This document shows, piece by piece, positions 31,005-44,939 of a stretch of DNA of 64,000 bases (position 1 is its first letter; every line of letters begins with the position of its first letter). Below the pieces are notes generated by a model. The model saw only the letters and a list, made by a program, of their open reading frames with translations, was not told where the DNA came from and ran no database searches. A program made the position numbers and the translations under genes. Source of the stretch: Eledone cirrhosa (Eukaryota); assembly GCA_964016885.1 (NCBI GenBank), contig OZ024740.1, positions 131,564,001-131,628,000 of the forward strand, in the 5' to 3' direction.

Positions 31005-31920
31005 GAAAGACGTAAAATAAGAAAATTATAATAATTAACTTACTTAAGTTTAGTCTTGAAATCTAGTCCGCGCTTGCATCTTTTCCATTCACTGAATTAT
31101 TTTTGTTTGAGATCCATGTGTCCGTCTATCGCCAGTGATCTTAGCAGAGAATTGATTTCCTGATGAAGAGAGGAATTCTCCATGGTTTAGAATACTACGT
31201 AAATCCCCCTTCAGAAACTAATTAGTTGGAGTGAATCTTAAGTAAGTAAGTTAATTATTATAATTTTCTTATTTTAGGTCTTTCATATAATTGTTCTACA
31301 TTTTAGTATCGAACCACAAAGTTATTAAGACAAAACTTATATCTTGCTAGCATAAGTAGACTTCTGTATAAATATGTTGGTAGATATACTAATTATTTAT
31401 AATTATCTCCAACTTATTTGTTGAGCAAAAATTTGCCGGAATTACTGCTATGATTCATAGTAATATTTTGGCTATTGTCGTTTTAACACACCACTGCTCA
31501 CTGATTAACATCGATATCACGTGATTGATTCTTTTCAATTTGCCACTGACCGGGAACGTAGTGAACTGTTCAGTGTCTTGAAATTTAGTCAGCGGTTGCT
31601 TCTTTTCCATTCACTGAATTATTTTTGTTTGAGATCCCTGTGTACGCCTATCGCCAGGGATCTTAGCTGATAATTGACTCCCTGAAAAAGATGGGAATTC
31701 TCCATGGTTTTGAACACTATGGATATCCCCTTTCAGAAACTAATTAGTTGGAGTGAAACTTAAGTAAGTAGGTTAATTATTATAATGTTCTTATTTTACG
31801 TCTTTCATATAATTGTTCTACATTTTTGTATTGAACCACAAAGTTATTAAGACAAAACTTATATCTTGCTAGCATAAGTATACTTCTGTATAAATATGTT
31901 GGTAAATATACTAATTCTTT
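31001..31920 (+). mobile_element. Hammerhead repeat array A (~1.6 monomers, period ~522 nt) with a short inverted leader
   Basis: Hammerhead motifs at 31155-31232 (core intact) and 31677-31754 (CTGAAAA, core mutated); 31001-31050 is inverted relative to 31756-31810. Confidence 0.85.
31155..31232 (+). ncRNA. Type I hammerhead ribozyme motif with intact core
   Basis: atttc CTGATGA a gagagg...cccttc a GAAA ctaattag TT ggagt; stem I contains G-U pairs. Confidence 0.75.
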
Positions 31921-31940
31921 ATATATATATATATATTTAT

Positions 31941-31985
<45 letters not shown>

Positions 31986-31988
31986 TAT

Positions 31989-32570
31989 GGTGGCTGCCAA
32001 CTCGTTTTCGAGTACGGCCACTACTTTATATCCATATAGGAGAACCCCTACCGATGCGCTGAACGAGTGTGACTTTTTAGTCCAGCCAGCGACTTGAAAA
32101 CTCTGGTACAAACACTACACTTGTGACAAATATTGACACATAGTGCTGGGCCCATGGTACCCTGTGACGACAAGTGCAGAGAGATCTCCAGATATAAAGC
32201 AATGCCTGTGCCGTGAAGCTTTTATAGTGAGCAAAGGCACTGCACAAAGCCAGTCCCACTCTCTTAACCAAGATGATATTTACCAAAAAGAAGAACAAGT
32301 CAACATCATTGGATACCATCAGGGTTGCAGGTGCTATATCAGAGTGTTCCTTCTCCTAGAATTCTGCCTTGACAAAGGCTAAGGGGTCATCTCTCCCGGT
32401 GATTTTGGATGGCCATTGACTCCTAAGAGCTCCTTTGCCCTTTGACAGGTCTTGTGTTTAGTCCTGCAGGATGTCCAAAGTCACCCTCCTCACCAAGAAA
32501 CCTTGGTGGGGTTGCCAGTTTAGTCGCCAACGACCCGACCCGACCATGGGTCAGGTTGTACTGGGATACA
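31989..32570 (-). mobile_element. Short RTE-related retroelement, copy 1
   Basis: Near-identical to 32692-33328; 3' end ...TCGAAAACGAGTTGGCAGCCACC-(AT)n; remnant of a C2H2-like C-terminus. Confidence 0.6.
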
Positions 32571-32691
32571 TATATATATACATACACACATACACACACA
32601 TAAATATACATACATATACATACATACATACATATATATACATATATATATACATACATATATATATACATACATATATATATACATACAT

Positions 32692-33328
32692 GGTGGCTGC
32701 CAACTCGTTTTCGAGTACGGCCACTACTTTACATCCATGTAGGATAACCCCTACCGAAGCGCTGAACGAGTGTGACTTTTTAGTCCAGCCAGCGACTTGA
32801 AACCTCTGGTACAAACACTACACCTGTGACAACCATTGACACATAGTGCTAGGCCCATGGTAGGACAACTATTGACACATAGTGCTGGGCCCATGTGAGG
32901 ACAAGTGCAGAGAGATCTCCAGATATAAAGCAATGCCTGTGCCGTGAAGCTTTTATAGTGAGCAAAGGCACTGCACAAAGCCAGTCCCACTCTCTTAACC
33001 AAGATGCTATTTACCAAAAAGAAGAACAAGTCAACATCATTGGATACCATCAGGGTTGCAGGTGTTATATCAGAGTTTTCCTTCTCCTAGAATTCTGCCT
33101 TGACTAAGGCTAAAGGGGTCATCTCTCCCGGTGATTTTGGATGGCCATTGACTCTTAAGAGCTCCTTTGCCCTTTGACAGGTTTTGTTTTTAGTCCTGCA
33201 GGATGTCCAAAGTCACCCTCCTCACCAAGAAACCTTGGTGGGGTTGCCAGTTTAGTCGCCAACGAACCGACCATGAGACAGGTTGTACTGGGATACATGT
33301 TACCAGTAGCACCAACTGGTGACCTGAC
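32692..33328 (-). mobile_element. Short RTE-related retroelement, copy 2
   Basis: Minus frame [20 protein letters not shown] resembles the C-terminal C2H2-like motif of RTE-clade ORFs; internal ~26-nt duplication at 32835-32895. Confidence 0.6.
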
Positions 33329-33900
<572 letters not shown>

Positions 33901-33941
33901 ATACTTTGGGAGGGTGATGTTGCCTATATATATATATATAT

Positions 33942-35432
33942 AAAGAATTAGTATATCTACCAACGTATATATAGAGATGCATACCTATGCAAGCAAATAT
34001 ATAGGTTGCCACCGAACAAGAAGGCAGTGATTTGTTCAGTGTCTTTAAATTTACTCCCCGCTTGCTCTTTTCCATCCACTGGATATTTTTGTATAAGTTC
34101 CCTGTATCCGCGCATCACCACGTATCTTACTTGAGAATGACTCACTGTTGACGAAAAGATTTCTCCATGGTTTCCATTTTGAGACTATGTATATTCCCTT
34201 TCAGTAACTAGTTAGTTGGAGTGAAATTTAAGTAAGTAAGCTAATTACTATAATTTTCTTATTTTACGTTTTTCATATATTTGTTCTGCATCCCCTTGCA
34301 TTGAAACACAAAGTTACTAAGACAAAACCTATATATTTGCTTGCATAGGTATACATCTGTATATATATATGTTGGTAGATATACTAATTCTTTATAATTA
34401 TCTCCAAATTATTTTGTTGAGCAACAATTTGACAAAATTACTACTATAGTTCATAGTAACAGCATGGCTACTGTCTTTTTAACAACTCACTCCTCACTGA
34501 TTACCCTCGATATCACGTGATTGATTCTTTAGAATTTGCCACCGAAAAAGTAGGCAGTGATTGTTTCAGTGTCTTGGAATTTAGTCCTCGCTTGCTCGTT
34601 TCCATCCACTGAATATTGTTGTATAAGTTCCCTGTGGCCGCGCATCGCCAGGGATCTTAGCAGAGAATTGATTCCTTGATGAATAAAGGAATTTACCATG
34701 GTTTAGAACACTATGTATATCCCCTTTCAGAAACTAATTAGTTGGAATGAATCTTAAGTAATTAAGTTAATTATTATAATTTTCTTATTTTACGTCTTTC
34801 ATATAATTGGTCTACATTTTTGTATTGAACCACAAAATTACTAAGACAAAAACGATATCTTGCTAGCATAAGTATACTTCTGTATAAATATGTTGGTAGA
34901 TATAATAATTATGTATAATTATCGCCAAATTATTTGTTGAGCAAAAATTTGCCGGAATTACTGCTATGATTCATAGTAATATTTTGGCTACTGTCGTTTT
35001 AACACCCCACTTGCTCACTGATTAACCTCGATGTCACGTGATTGATCCTTTTGAATTTGCCACTGACCGGGAACGTAGTGAAATGTTCAGTGTCCTGAAA
35101 TTTAGTCCGCGCTTGCTTCTTTTCCATTCATTGAATTATTTTTGTTTGAGATCCCTGTGTACGCCTATCGCCAGGGATCTTAGCAGATAATTGACTCCCT
35201 GATGAAGAAGGGAATACTCCATGGTTTTGAAAACTATGTATATCCCCTTTCAGAAACTAATTACTTGGAGTGAAACTTAAGTAAGTTAATTATTATAATT
35301 TTCTTATTTTACGTCTTTCATATAATTGTTCTACATGTTTGTATTGAACCACAAAGTTATTAAGACAACACCTATATCTTGCTAGAATAAGTATACTTCT
35401 GTATAAATATGTTGGTAGATATACTAATTCTT
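33942..35432 (+). mobile_element. Hammerhead repeat array B (~2.7 monomers) with inverted leader
   Basis: Hammerhead motifs at 34140-34222 (core mutated), 34671-34748 (TTGATGA) and 35194-35271 (core intact, stem III mismatch); 33942-34007 is inverted relative to 34326-34393. Confidence 0.87.
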
Positions 35433-35440
35433 TATATATA

Positions 35441-35517
<77 letters not shown>

Positions 35518-36110
35518 GCATATATATATATATATATAATACAAGTTAATATAAAAAAATTATGATCAACACTAATGCGTTTTTATTGCAAATTGACAAT
35601 AATTTAGCCAGATAGAAATACCTTAATTCAAATACATATAGTCTGCCTGTGTCGATCTAAAAAATTATAAATCTATACTCACAGACGTATATCGGCAACT
35701 GCCCTGGTGCCTAGACAAGTTTAAATTCCAAACTTCAAACATTTTCAGCAGATCAGTCCGAACTTCAAAAAATAAACTTGTTTCACAAAGGATGGTATAC
35801 TATTGAAATAATTAATTAATTGTGAAATAACTATTTATGAAATAATGATTACAGAAATAATCAATATTCTGTGATTCTCAATAGGCACCCAGAAAAATTA
35901 GAGTTACTTCACCTAAGAGAAATATCTAAGGACTGGTTTGTCGTATGCCAAATACATGTGCTTTTGCACACGATTTTACCCCAGCAATCTGGCTCATACT
36001 CATGGCGCTAGAAATAACAGCCGTTTATATGGGATTACGAATTCAGCTCGACCGAAGGAGCAGATATAATATAATTTAGAGTTTTCACTCAGTAGTCAAA
36101 TACATATATA

Positions 36111-36978
36111 AATAATTAGTATATCTACCAACATATATATAGAGATGCATACCTATGCAAGCAGATATATAGGTTGCCACTGAACAAGAAGGCAGTGATT
36201 TTTTCAGTGTCTTTGAATTTACTCCCCGCTTGCTCTTTTCCATCCACTGAATATTTTTGTATAAGTTCCCTGTGTCCGCGCATCGCCAGGTATCTTAACT
36301 GAGAATGACTCCCTGCTGACGAAAATGTTTCTCCATGGTTTCCATTTTGAGACTATGTATATTCCCTTTCAGAAACTAGTTAGTTGGAGTGAAATTTAAG
36401 TAAGTAAGCTAATTACTCTAATTTTCTTATTTTACATTTTTCATATATTTGTTCTGCATCCCCTTGCATTGAAACACAAAGTTACTAAGACAAAACCTAT
36501 ATATTTGCTTGCATAGGTATACATCTCTCTATATATATATGTTGGTAGATATACTAATTCTTTATAATGATCTCCAAATTATTTTGTTGAGCAACAATTT
36601 GACAAAATTACTACTATAGATCATAGTAAAAGCTTGGCTACTGTCTTTTTAACACCCCACTCCTCACTGATTAACCTCGATATCACGTGATTGATTCTTT
36701 AGAATTTGCCACCGAACAAGTAGGCACTGATTGTTTCAGTCTCTTGGAATTTAGTCCTCGCTTGCTCTTTTCCATCCACTGAATATTTTTATATAAATTC
36801 CCTGTGGCCGCACATCGCCAGGTATCTTAGCTGCGAATGACACCCTGATGACGAAAATGTTTCTCCATGGTTTCCATGTGGGGACTATGTATATTCCCTT
36901 TCAGAAACTAATTAGTTGGAGTGAAATTTAAGTAAGTAAGCTATTTACTATAATTTTCTTATTTTACGTTTTTCATAT
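36111..36978 (+). mobile_element. Hammerhead repeat array C (~1.5 monomers) with the same inverted leader as array B
   Basis: Hammerhead motifs at 36308-36390 (CTGCTGA) and 36840-36922 (core intact). Confidence 0.87.
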
Positions 36979-37197
36979 ATATATAACAAACTATCCTCTT
37001 GCATTATCTTCGTAAATTGCCGATGTTGTATTTTAACTTTAATTTTGTTTCAATAAGATTTTAATTTTTGAATTTATATTGCCATGCAAAAATATTATAG
37101 TGGACGACACCCCAATGTGCATCGATATATACATGTGTTTCTGTATGTCTCTTGTGTTGGAAAGGAGGTCATGTATGTAAACAATCATTGAAAAATT

Positions 37198-37242
37198 GCT
37201 CTGAAGACGTCAAACCGCGGTTTGGACGAAACAATTGTAAGC
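37198..37242 (+). ncRNA. Minimal type I hammerhead ribozyme motif followed by AATAAA (Penelope pLTR-like)
   Basis: gct CTGAAGA c gtc aaacc gc ggttt g gac GAAA caattg TA agc, then t AATAAA. Confidence 0.85.
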
Positions 37243-37442
37243 TAATAAATGGTTTGAACAGAACTTGATTTATGTGATTTCTATATAACTGCTCTGTAGA
37301 ATATCTGATGTTATTACATTGAGCTATTTATCTTACTGGTAATAAGGTAGTAATACATTACCGTCTTTCACTGCTTAGGGTTTAAAATATATATAACTAT
37401 AAAATGTTTTAGCATATACATAACCATAAATAGTATCATTAA

Positions 37443-37478
<36 letters not shown>

Positions 37479-37740
37479 AAATCGCTCTATACAATATATG
37501 TAATCTGAGCTTTTCGAAAATGAATAATAACATTCGATTCATTTGCAATTATGCAAACAAACCTCAATGTCATAGCCATGTCAGTAGAATGAACACTTCA
37601 TCCTTGCTCTTGTGTCAGAAGGCGACGAGAACTGCAGACACTAATGTTTCTTGGTATCACGCTTTATCAGTACAAATCACTGTTCATCTGCCAAACTGTC
37701 AGAGTTAGTGAAAATATAGGCTATTTTCAAAATACACAGT

Positions 37741-37856
37741 GACTGATCGGCCTGATTTTCATATTAGTAGACTGGCTGATCAGTCAGGTCTACATATTAG
37801 CAGATCCACTGATCAGCCAGATTTGCATATCAGCAGACTGGCCATCAAACCAGATA
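37741..37856. repeat. Degenerate ~33-nt minisatellite, about 3.5 units
   Basis: Recurring CTGATC.G...GAT...CATAT.AG.AGA at 37743, 37776 and 37809. Confidence 0.7.
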
Positions 37857-39069
37857 TGATCAATAAGATTGCTGACATTATTCAGTTGTGGGGCAGAATG
37901 ATGTTGCATTGATTTATTCAAGGTAAACAGGTATCGTTGCCAACTGTGTGGGGAGACGGCACACGTGAGAGTGTTCTGTCTTCAGCGAAAGAGAGAGAAT
38001 GATAGGAGGCTCTGATTCTCAACACCAGGGCAGCAACAGCTAGAGAGCAACATTACCAAGGGTGAGAAACTACAACAGCGGTAGGAATACCAGTAGGAGC
38101 AGCAACATAACAACATTGACTGCAAATACAGAATCTCCAGCAGATGCACCAACACCAGCAACAACATAAATTACAATAACAACAGCAGCAGCAGAAAATC
38201 CACCAACACCATCAACAGCAGAAAGAAATACAACAGACATCGTATTAACACAAATAGAGTAACTCCCAAAGAAAGTCACCATCTACCTTTCTCTCACCAC
38301 CCCATATAAACACATGCACCCAATCACACACACACGCACACACACACACATCGGTACTCACACAAAAACATGTCACTCATATTCCAGACATATTCCGCTG
38401 AGACGTTAAATGGACTACAACTTTGTATGGGACCAGCTATACCCCAGTATGTGTGGCTGTAAACTCCTTATTTTTAATGAATATTCTATGAGTTATGAAA
38501 ATGTATTATTCCCCTACAAAGAAAACTTGCATTGCCAATATAAGAGCATGTATTCCCCATTTAGTGTCGTAGTGGCGAATTACACTGGCTTTTATGTTTC
38601 ACTTCATCACTATGTAAAATGTCACAGTTAAAAAGAATAGACGAGTCAGATCAGAAGTAGATCTTTACTAAACATTTCAGAGAGAAAACGAAATGTTAAG
38701 TTATAGATGAATGTAACATATATGTATTTTTTTTATATTTGTTCATCACCTTGCCTATAATATTTTATTTCCACAATAAATATTAATTGAATATGGAATT
38801 TAATTACAATTCATAATCATAGATACCCATTGTTTTCCTTGCTATACTTTCTATATTTCTTCCACTTCACCAGCATCGCCTTTGTTTGACACAACTACTT
38901 AACATTCAACCACGTTCTCTAATTAAGAATATGAGATTTTAAAAACTAACAGCAATCAATAAAAGCTTTCTTGTCAAGACTATGTTGGATATTCTATTTT
39001 ATAACGTTCATTAAAATTAACTGTAGGTGTTGTTGGCAGAAATTAAAGAGTTTCAAATGAAATTGCATG

Positions 39070-39116
<47 letters not shown>

Positions 39117-39123
<7 letters not shown>

Positions 39124-39345
39124 ATACTTGGGGAGGATCATATTGTTGTAATAATATTGCCAGATATAATAACAGAACACACTCACTGTTTGGTTGGTTT
39201 TCGCTTCAGAAGCGAAAACCAACCAAACAGTGAGTGTGCTCTGTTATTATTTCTGGCAATATTATTACAACAATATGCCCCGCCCCAAGTATAACAATAT
39301 TTGTTTCGACACACGGTTTCATATAAAAAAACTCACAAAACAAAT
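39117..39345. mobile_element. Fold-back of a Penelope-like 3' terminal region (hairpin 39117-39300)
   Basis: Near-perfect palindrome centred at ~39208; the right arm matches the 3' end of the element at 62206-62300. Confidence 0.85.
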
Positions 39346-39362
39346 ATATATATATGAAATTT

Positions 39363-39685
39363 CAACGCATTTGTATATAAACGTAAACACAAATATGTGT
39401 AGGTGCCCACAAAAAAAACAACATATTTTCTCTCTCAGATTTCTCGCAAATATTTCCGACAATTAAAAGGTTTAATATAATATAAGTAATACATGCAATT
39501 ATGTAGTGGATACGCTCGTTAGATAACTAATGAACGTATCCACTACAGAATTGCATGCATTATATTATATTTAACTTTATAATTGTCGGAAATATTTGCG
39601 AGAAATCAGAGAGAGAGACAATATGTTTTTTTTTGTTGTGGGCACCTACACATATTTGTGTATACGTTTATATACAAATGCGTTG
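39363..39685. repeat. ~320-nt palindrome (MITE/fold-back-like)
   Basis: The arms are reverse complements around a ~4-nt loop near 39524. Confidence 0.9.
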
Positions 39686-39705
39686 GTATGTCAACTATTA
39701 AAACC

Positions 39706-39822
39706 AGTTGGCAGTATTGGTAGAGCGTCACACACCATGCTTTGCAGCATAGAGATTCGGCTCAATATGTTCTGACTTCAAATCCCGCCGATGTTAACTT
39801 ATAGATAGTAGGAAAAGTACCA
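39706..39822 (+). mobile_element. Degenerate tRNA-derived SINE
   Basis: TGGCAGTATTGGTAGAGCG (A-box-like) and GACTTCAAATCCCGCCG (B-box-like); similar to 46290-46471. Confidence 0.65.
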
Positions 39823-39899
39823 AATGGTTGGCTGTCGCGAAAGAATCTACAAAAGCATTGCAATATGGATTTTCTCAGCAAGATCAGTCATAGTGCATC

Positions 39900-42715
39900 G
39901 TCCAATAAGGCATTAAGTAGGAGGTTATTTTCGAAAAATATTATCCAACGGTGAGAAACCAGGAAGGGGTAGGTAACATGACATTGTAGGTTGGATGGAA
40001 GTTGAAATGATTCGTGTCCGGGGACACCAGAGAGGGTCCGGAAGGGAGTGAAACCTGAAAATCGATAACTGGAACGTCACTATCCTTAGAAGCAAGGATC
40101 TGGAACTACTGTGGACGAACAAATGCCACATCTATGTGGCTCTGGTACAATGCATTTGAAAGGAGGACGAAATACTACTACTAAGGTGTGTAGAAAGAGA
40201 AACTGGAGTGGCAGCAGTGTGGATATTCAAAAGCCCATATAAATCAGAATGTGTTCGGAAACAAATCCTTCTGAGAGCGAGAATATTCCTATTGACGCTT
40301 AGGCTGAAAGAAAGACATTTATGTTTGGTGGAAATCACTTCAGTGTTAAAGGAAGTTATGATGAGTCACACATCCTATCGGAGACTTCAATGCGCAAGTT
40401 AGCGTTGACTATTTAACATTGAATGGAGGCATTGGAAGGAACAGCGATCCCGATCTAAATTCTCATGGAGAGACTTATTGAACTTCAGCACGAGTAATGG
40501 GCTCATAAATACATTTTTCCAGTAAAAAGCCATCCATAAATGCATATTATATAAGGGCAAATGAGGACAGAGATAAATAATTGATTTCGTTATTCTATAT
40601 GCACCCTTCAATTCTCTGCTGGATGTTTGTGTTGATATGGGGAGGGGGGGGGGGGCTAAGCTGTCATCTGACCACATCTAATTAACTGCAGCCTGAAACT
40701 ATCTAAAGCAGGAAAACCAAAAATATCGTCCAGGTCCCTCTAGTCCTAAGGGCTGAAATTTGAAGCGATGGCAGAAAGGAAATCAATATCATGTTTGCAG
40801 ATACCACTGTACCTAAATTAAGAAAACTTCCTGAGAAAAATTAAGATGTTTAAATGTCATGGAGAAAGTTCAGCACGGCAGTTTTTGCTTCAGCTATTAA
40901 ATGATGTGTCCGAAAGCGGCATCGTATGGCGCGCTGTGTGGCAGAATGATCTTTGGTACAACCAAGTTGTCAAATATGCCATTATTGCAAGGAGGAAAAC
41001 CTAAAAGGTTTAGCTTGGACATATTTCCTCCGTCTTGCAACTGTGGTAAAAGAAAAGGGCAAAAAGTTACAGAAGTGAGAGTAAAGGCTTGGGTGGACTT
41101 TCGGTTTAATTTGGAATCCGACTTCACATCAGCAAATAAAGGTTCCTGGAAGACCATCCAATGACGTCGTAGTAAGATCACGTACACATCTGCTCTCAGG
41201 AACGCGTTTGAGGTCCTCCTGCCTATAGAGAGTTGCGAGCTCAAGAGTTGGAAAGAATACATTACTGTTCTCAAAACCTGATCAATATCGCCTCTTCTAA
41301 TGTATATGAGGTGCATAGGGGAACCTCTCGGAGGCTGATATTACAAGAACGTTTAAAGAGTTTATATATGGCAGAGCCTCTAGTAGAGGTTTATGTCCGA
41401 AATATTTAAAACCTTTAAATGGCAAATATATTCATTGTCTGATTCGGGCTGGCAGGGTGGCCCAGATTTCTAAAATAGTATTTAAGCAATAGAAATGATA
41501 ATACTAATGTTCAAAAAGTGAGTTAATAGAGATTGCTCCTGTTATAGAGGGATCTGTTAAGAGAGACTCCTCAGCAAAGTCTATGAGAAGTGTCCGGCAA
41601 GGAAATGAAAAGGGATTGACGAGTCCTCCTAGCTGATGTAATGTCCTTTTCGCCCCGGATGCAGTACAGTTGGCCAAATATTCACAGTGCCCATGACTTT
41701 GAGTAAACGTGGTAGAATTACCAAGAGATGTATTCTTGGTTCGTAAAACACGAAAGATCTTATGACCGTGTTCCACAAAACCTGCTGCAGAAGGTCCAGT
41801 AGGTGTATGAGATTATGGACAACTTCATGTTTCCCTGAATTTTCTATATGAATGCCTTAGTATTTCTGCTCGGATAAATAGTGGTAAGTCGAAATCTTCC
41901 AATTTGGGTGTCGGACTCCGAAAAGTGTTTCGTAGTATCAACTCTTATTTTCAAGGTTTTCATGAACATGATCGAAATGGTCAGCAGGTTTGGCAGGGCA
42001 ACTGAGAAAGATGATTATAGGAACAGTCGCCTGGATTTTGCTGACGGAATAGTCGTACTTACCTTATTGAAATATGATGTGCTATATGCAAGAATGTATA
42101 TATTGTGTTGCGAAGACTGGGACCTTCGTCTTATCAAATACGCTTGCACAATACACTGAACATATAGGAAGCGTTCCAGTGAAGCGGGTGGAGATATTTA
42201 AGTATCTTGGTGCCATATTCACGAGTGATGCGGTACGTGAAGTGCGGGATCTAGTTTCATAATGCGCTTGATTCAGTTTCGGTCATCAATGATCAATGAA
42301 AGGGGCATGAGTACATGTCATACTGGCTATCTTCGATTCGGTATTCGTGCCAACCCTTAACTATGACTATAAATCTCGAGTAATGACCGAAATAATACGA
42401 TCACCAATCAAAGCGGAGATCAGAGGGTCGTGTCATGTAGAGCAGCCACTTTGAGTGGAGGGATCACAACTCCGATGATAAGGATATGCAGATAGAATAG
42501 TTCAAGAAAGAATCTGTAGATAGAATTTAAGGTTAAAACCAACCGACAGATGACCAAGGGTTACTCCCGAGGAAGACGGATTGATATCATCCATGAGCTC
42601 AGCTACTTCCACTTGGTGATACAGTCGGATATAATGAAGATAGTTGCTTCTGATAGAACTTGCTGGAAGTAGTACACGAGGACTCTGATCCCACGACCCT
42701 TCCAGAAATAACGAA
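39900..42715 (+). mobile_element. Heavily decayed RTE-clade LINE (Rex3/Expander-like)
   Basis: Remnants of an APE start (NWNVT, 40065), DHI (40668), YDRVP (41761), GVGLR, FADG, VEIFKYLGAIFTSD, VFVPTL.Y..VMTE.IRS and a CCCACGACCC 3' end. No intact frame. Confidence 0.7.
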
Positions 42716-42943
42716 AAAAGTATGCGTATGTATGTGTTTGTGTGGGGTGGCGTGCATATACATACGATTTAACGTCCGTCTTCGAAAATATCATGTAACA
42801 TGTTGCATAAAATAATTGTAACGGCACAACTCAGCATTTTAACGTATCGAGTCGTTCAATAATTGCCTTCCTATTCTTTTGAGTATATATATATTTTCCA
42901 CACACACGCACCAACATACAGACGAAGACACACACACATACAC

Positions 42944-42975
<32 letters not shown>

Positions 42976-44939
42976 TATATATATATATGTGTGTGTGTGT
43001 GTATATATAAACATATATCCACTTTGTTTTAGCTTTCTCATGTCTACCCATATATACGTACATGTGTTTGAACACCTGAGATGGCATTGATTTTCATATC
43101 AATTAATTGAATCCATTTATATCATGTATTAATATTAATATGGGATGTCTATTATTTTTTTTTTATCTTGCATTCTACTCTCATGACAAGTGGACCTTTG
43201 TTTAGATTTATATACGATATACGGACTGCATTATAACTGTGCTTTACTGCCATTCTGTATTGCGAAACACACTGAACAGACAGACATCTATGAGTCACAT
43301 AGTTTTGATACTAATTACGTGTTGCATCTGTATTTTAAAGAAGTCATATTTCAAACAAGGTAGACAGATCTATTGCAAGTTAATTTCCTTTATTAGACGC
43401 AGTCCATAGAATAATTATTAGCTAGCAGATTGTGACACTTCCGACGCCAATTCAGCAGTGAGTTCTGTACCAACTTCGTTGCTTTCAACTGTCATTTTTC
43501 ATTAATGATGTACATATATTTTGTACATAAACACTTGCACATACAAACGTCAGGAAGCCCACACACAATCACACAGTAACATGCATTTATTGCATAACCA
43601 TTGTGTAATATATGTGCATATATAACCAATGTGTAAAACATCGTTTGTCGAGAGGAATATGCGTCAAAGGTTGATATAATTGTGCTCTAAATAAATATTT
43701 CCAAAGTTGCCCGAGAATGAAAAAAAAACAAAAACAAAAAAAAGTGACTCTATAGAATGTTATGTGAAATGGATAAGAGAAAACATTCTGTAATAATAAC
43801 TGCTGGTGGCAAACCTCACGATTATAAACACATCATTGTCTCTTCAGACAATGATCCTGTAGTTGAAGGGATTTTTGTAGTTATAGATGATAAAGACAGC
43901 AAAGATTATAAGCCCCTAGATAACTGAGTCCCAAAATAGGCGGACACGTCGAATAAATAGTTGATATCCTTATATACAATTTACAACCATCAAAGATGCA
44001 TTGTGTTCGTGGGGACAATGGTTTCCTTTTCAAAAAGATGACTTGAAGTAATGACAACATCCGAAGCGCTGGATTTGTGCAGCATCTTGGAGTTATATCG
44101 AGAAGAAAAAATAAGCAAAATTCGAGAAGGTTAAGCCGAAAGATAGACTTTTGTTTGAAACATTCACAAAAAACATTCCAGAGTGCCTCTCTAGAAGAGA
44201 ACGGGGCAGATTCAATAAAGGCTTGGCTAGTGTCCATTACTTGGGTTAAATACCGAATTAGTAACAACATTTGATAGCTAAGAGAAAACAGAGAGGCGAA
44301 AGGTAAGGTACCTAAGCCTAATAAAGCCCGACACTAGGAAAAATGGAGAACAATCCATTGCGAGTTTGTGTTGAATGCCTTACCAGAAATTGATGTTAGA
44401 TCCTTGTTTTCATGTTATTTCTGTTTTAGATTATATAAAAATGCTGGCTTTCGACCGGAAAGTTAAAAATACTATCATATCGAATGCTTTCATGTTCTAC
44501 GGAATAATAATTTTGCAAATGAAATATTTTTTGCAGAATATTACTGTACACAGAAACTTGATGATACGGAACATCCATTTTATAGAGAATGTCATATTAA
44601 CAACTCTACGGTTATGCTCATCCTTTCACCCTAGAATATAAGTGAAAAGCTATCTCTATCAAAGCGATTTAAGAATAGCAATGTTAAGTGGATTACATCA
44701 CATATGTAAGAGATATTTAGAAATAATCTCAATACAAAAATAATCTGGACAGGTGAGTTTGCTACATACATATATATATATATAGGTCTGTGTATGGGTG
44801 GGTGTATGTGACTTTGTGTGTGTCTCTTGTGTTTATATCTCCACACGTGAAAAATACAAGTACACTGAACACAGAGAATGTCGAATGTCTAATGTCGAAT
44901 GTAAACGTAACATCTTCAGTTGTAATATAAAGAAACAGA

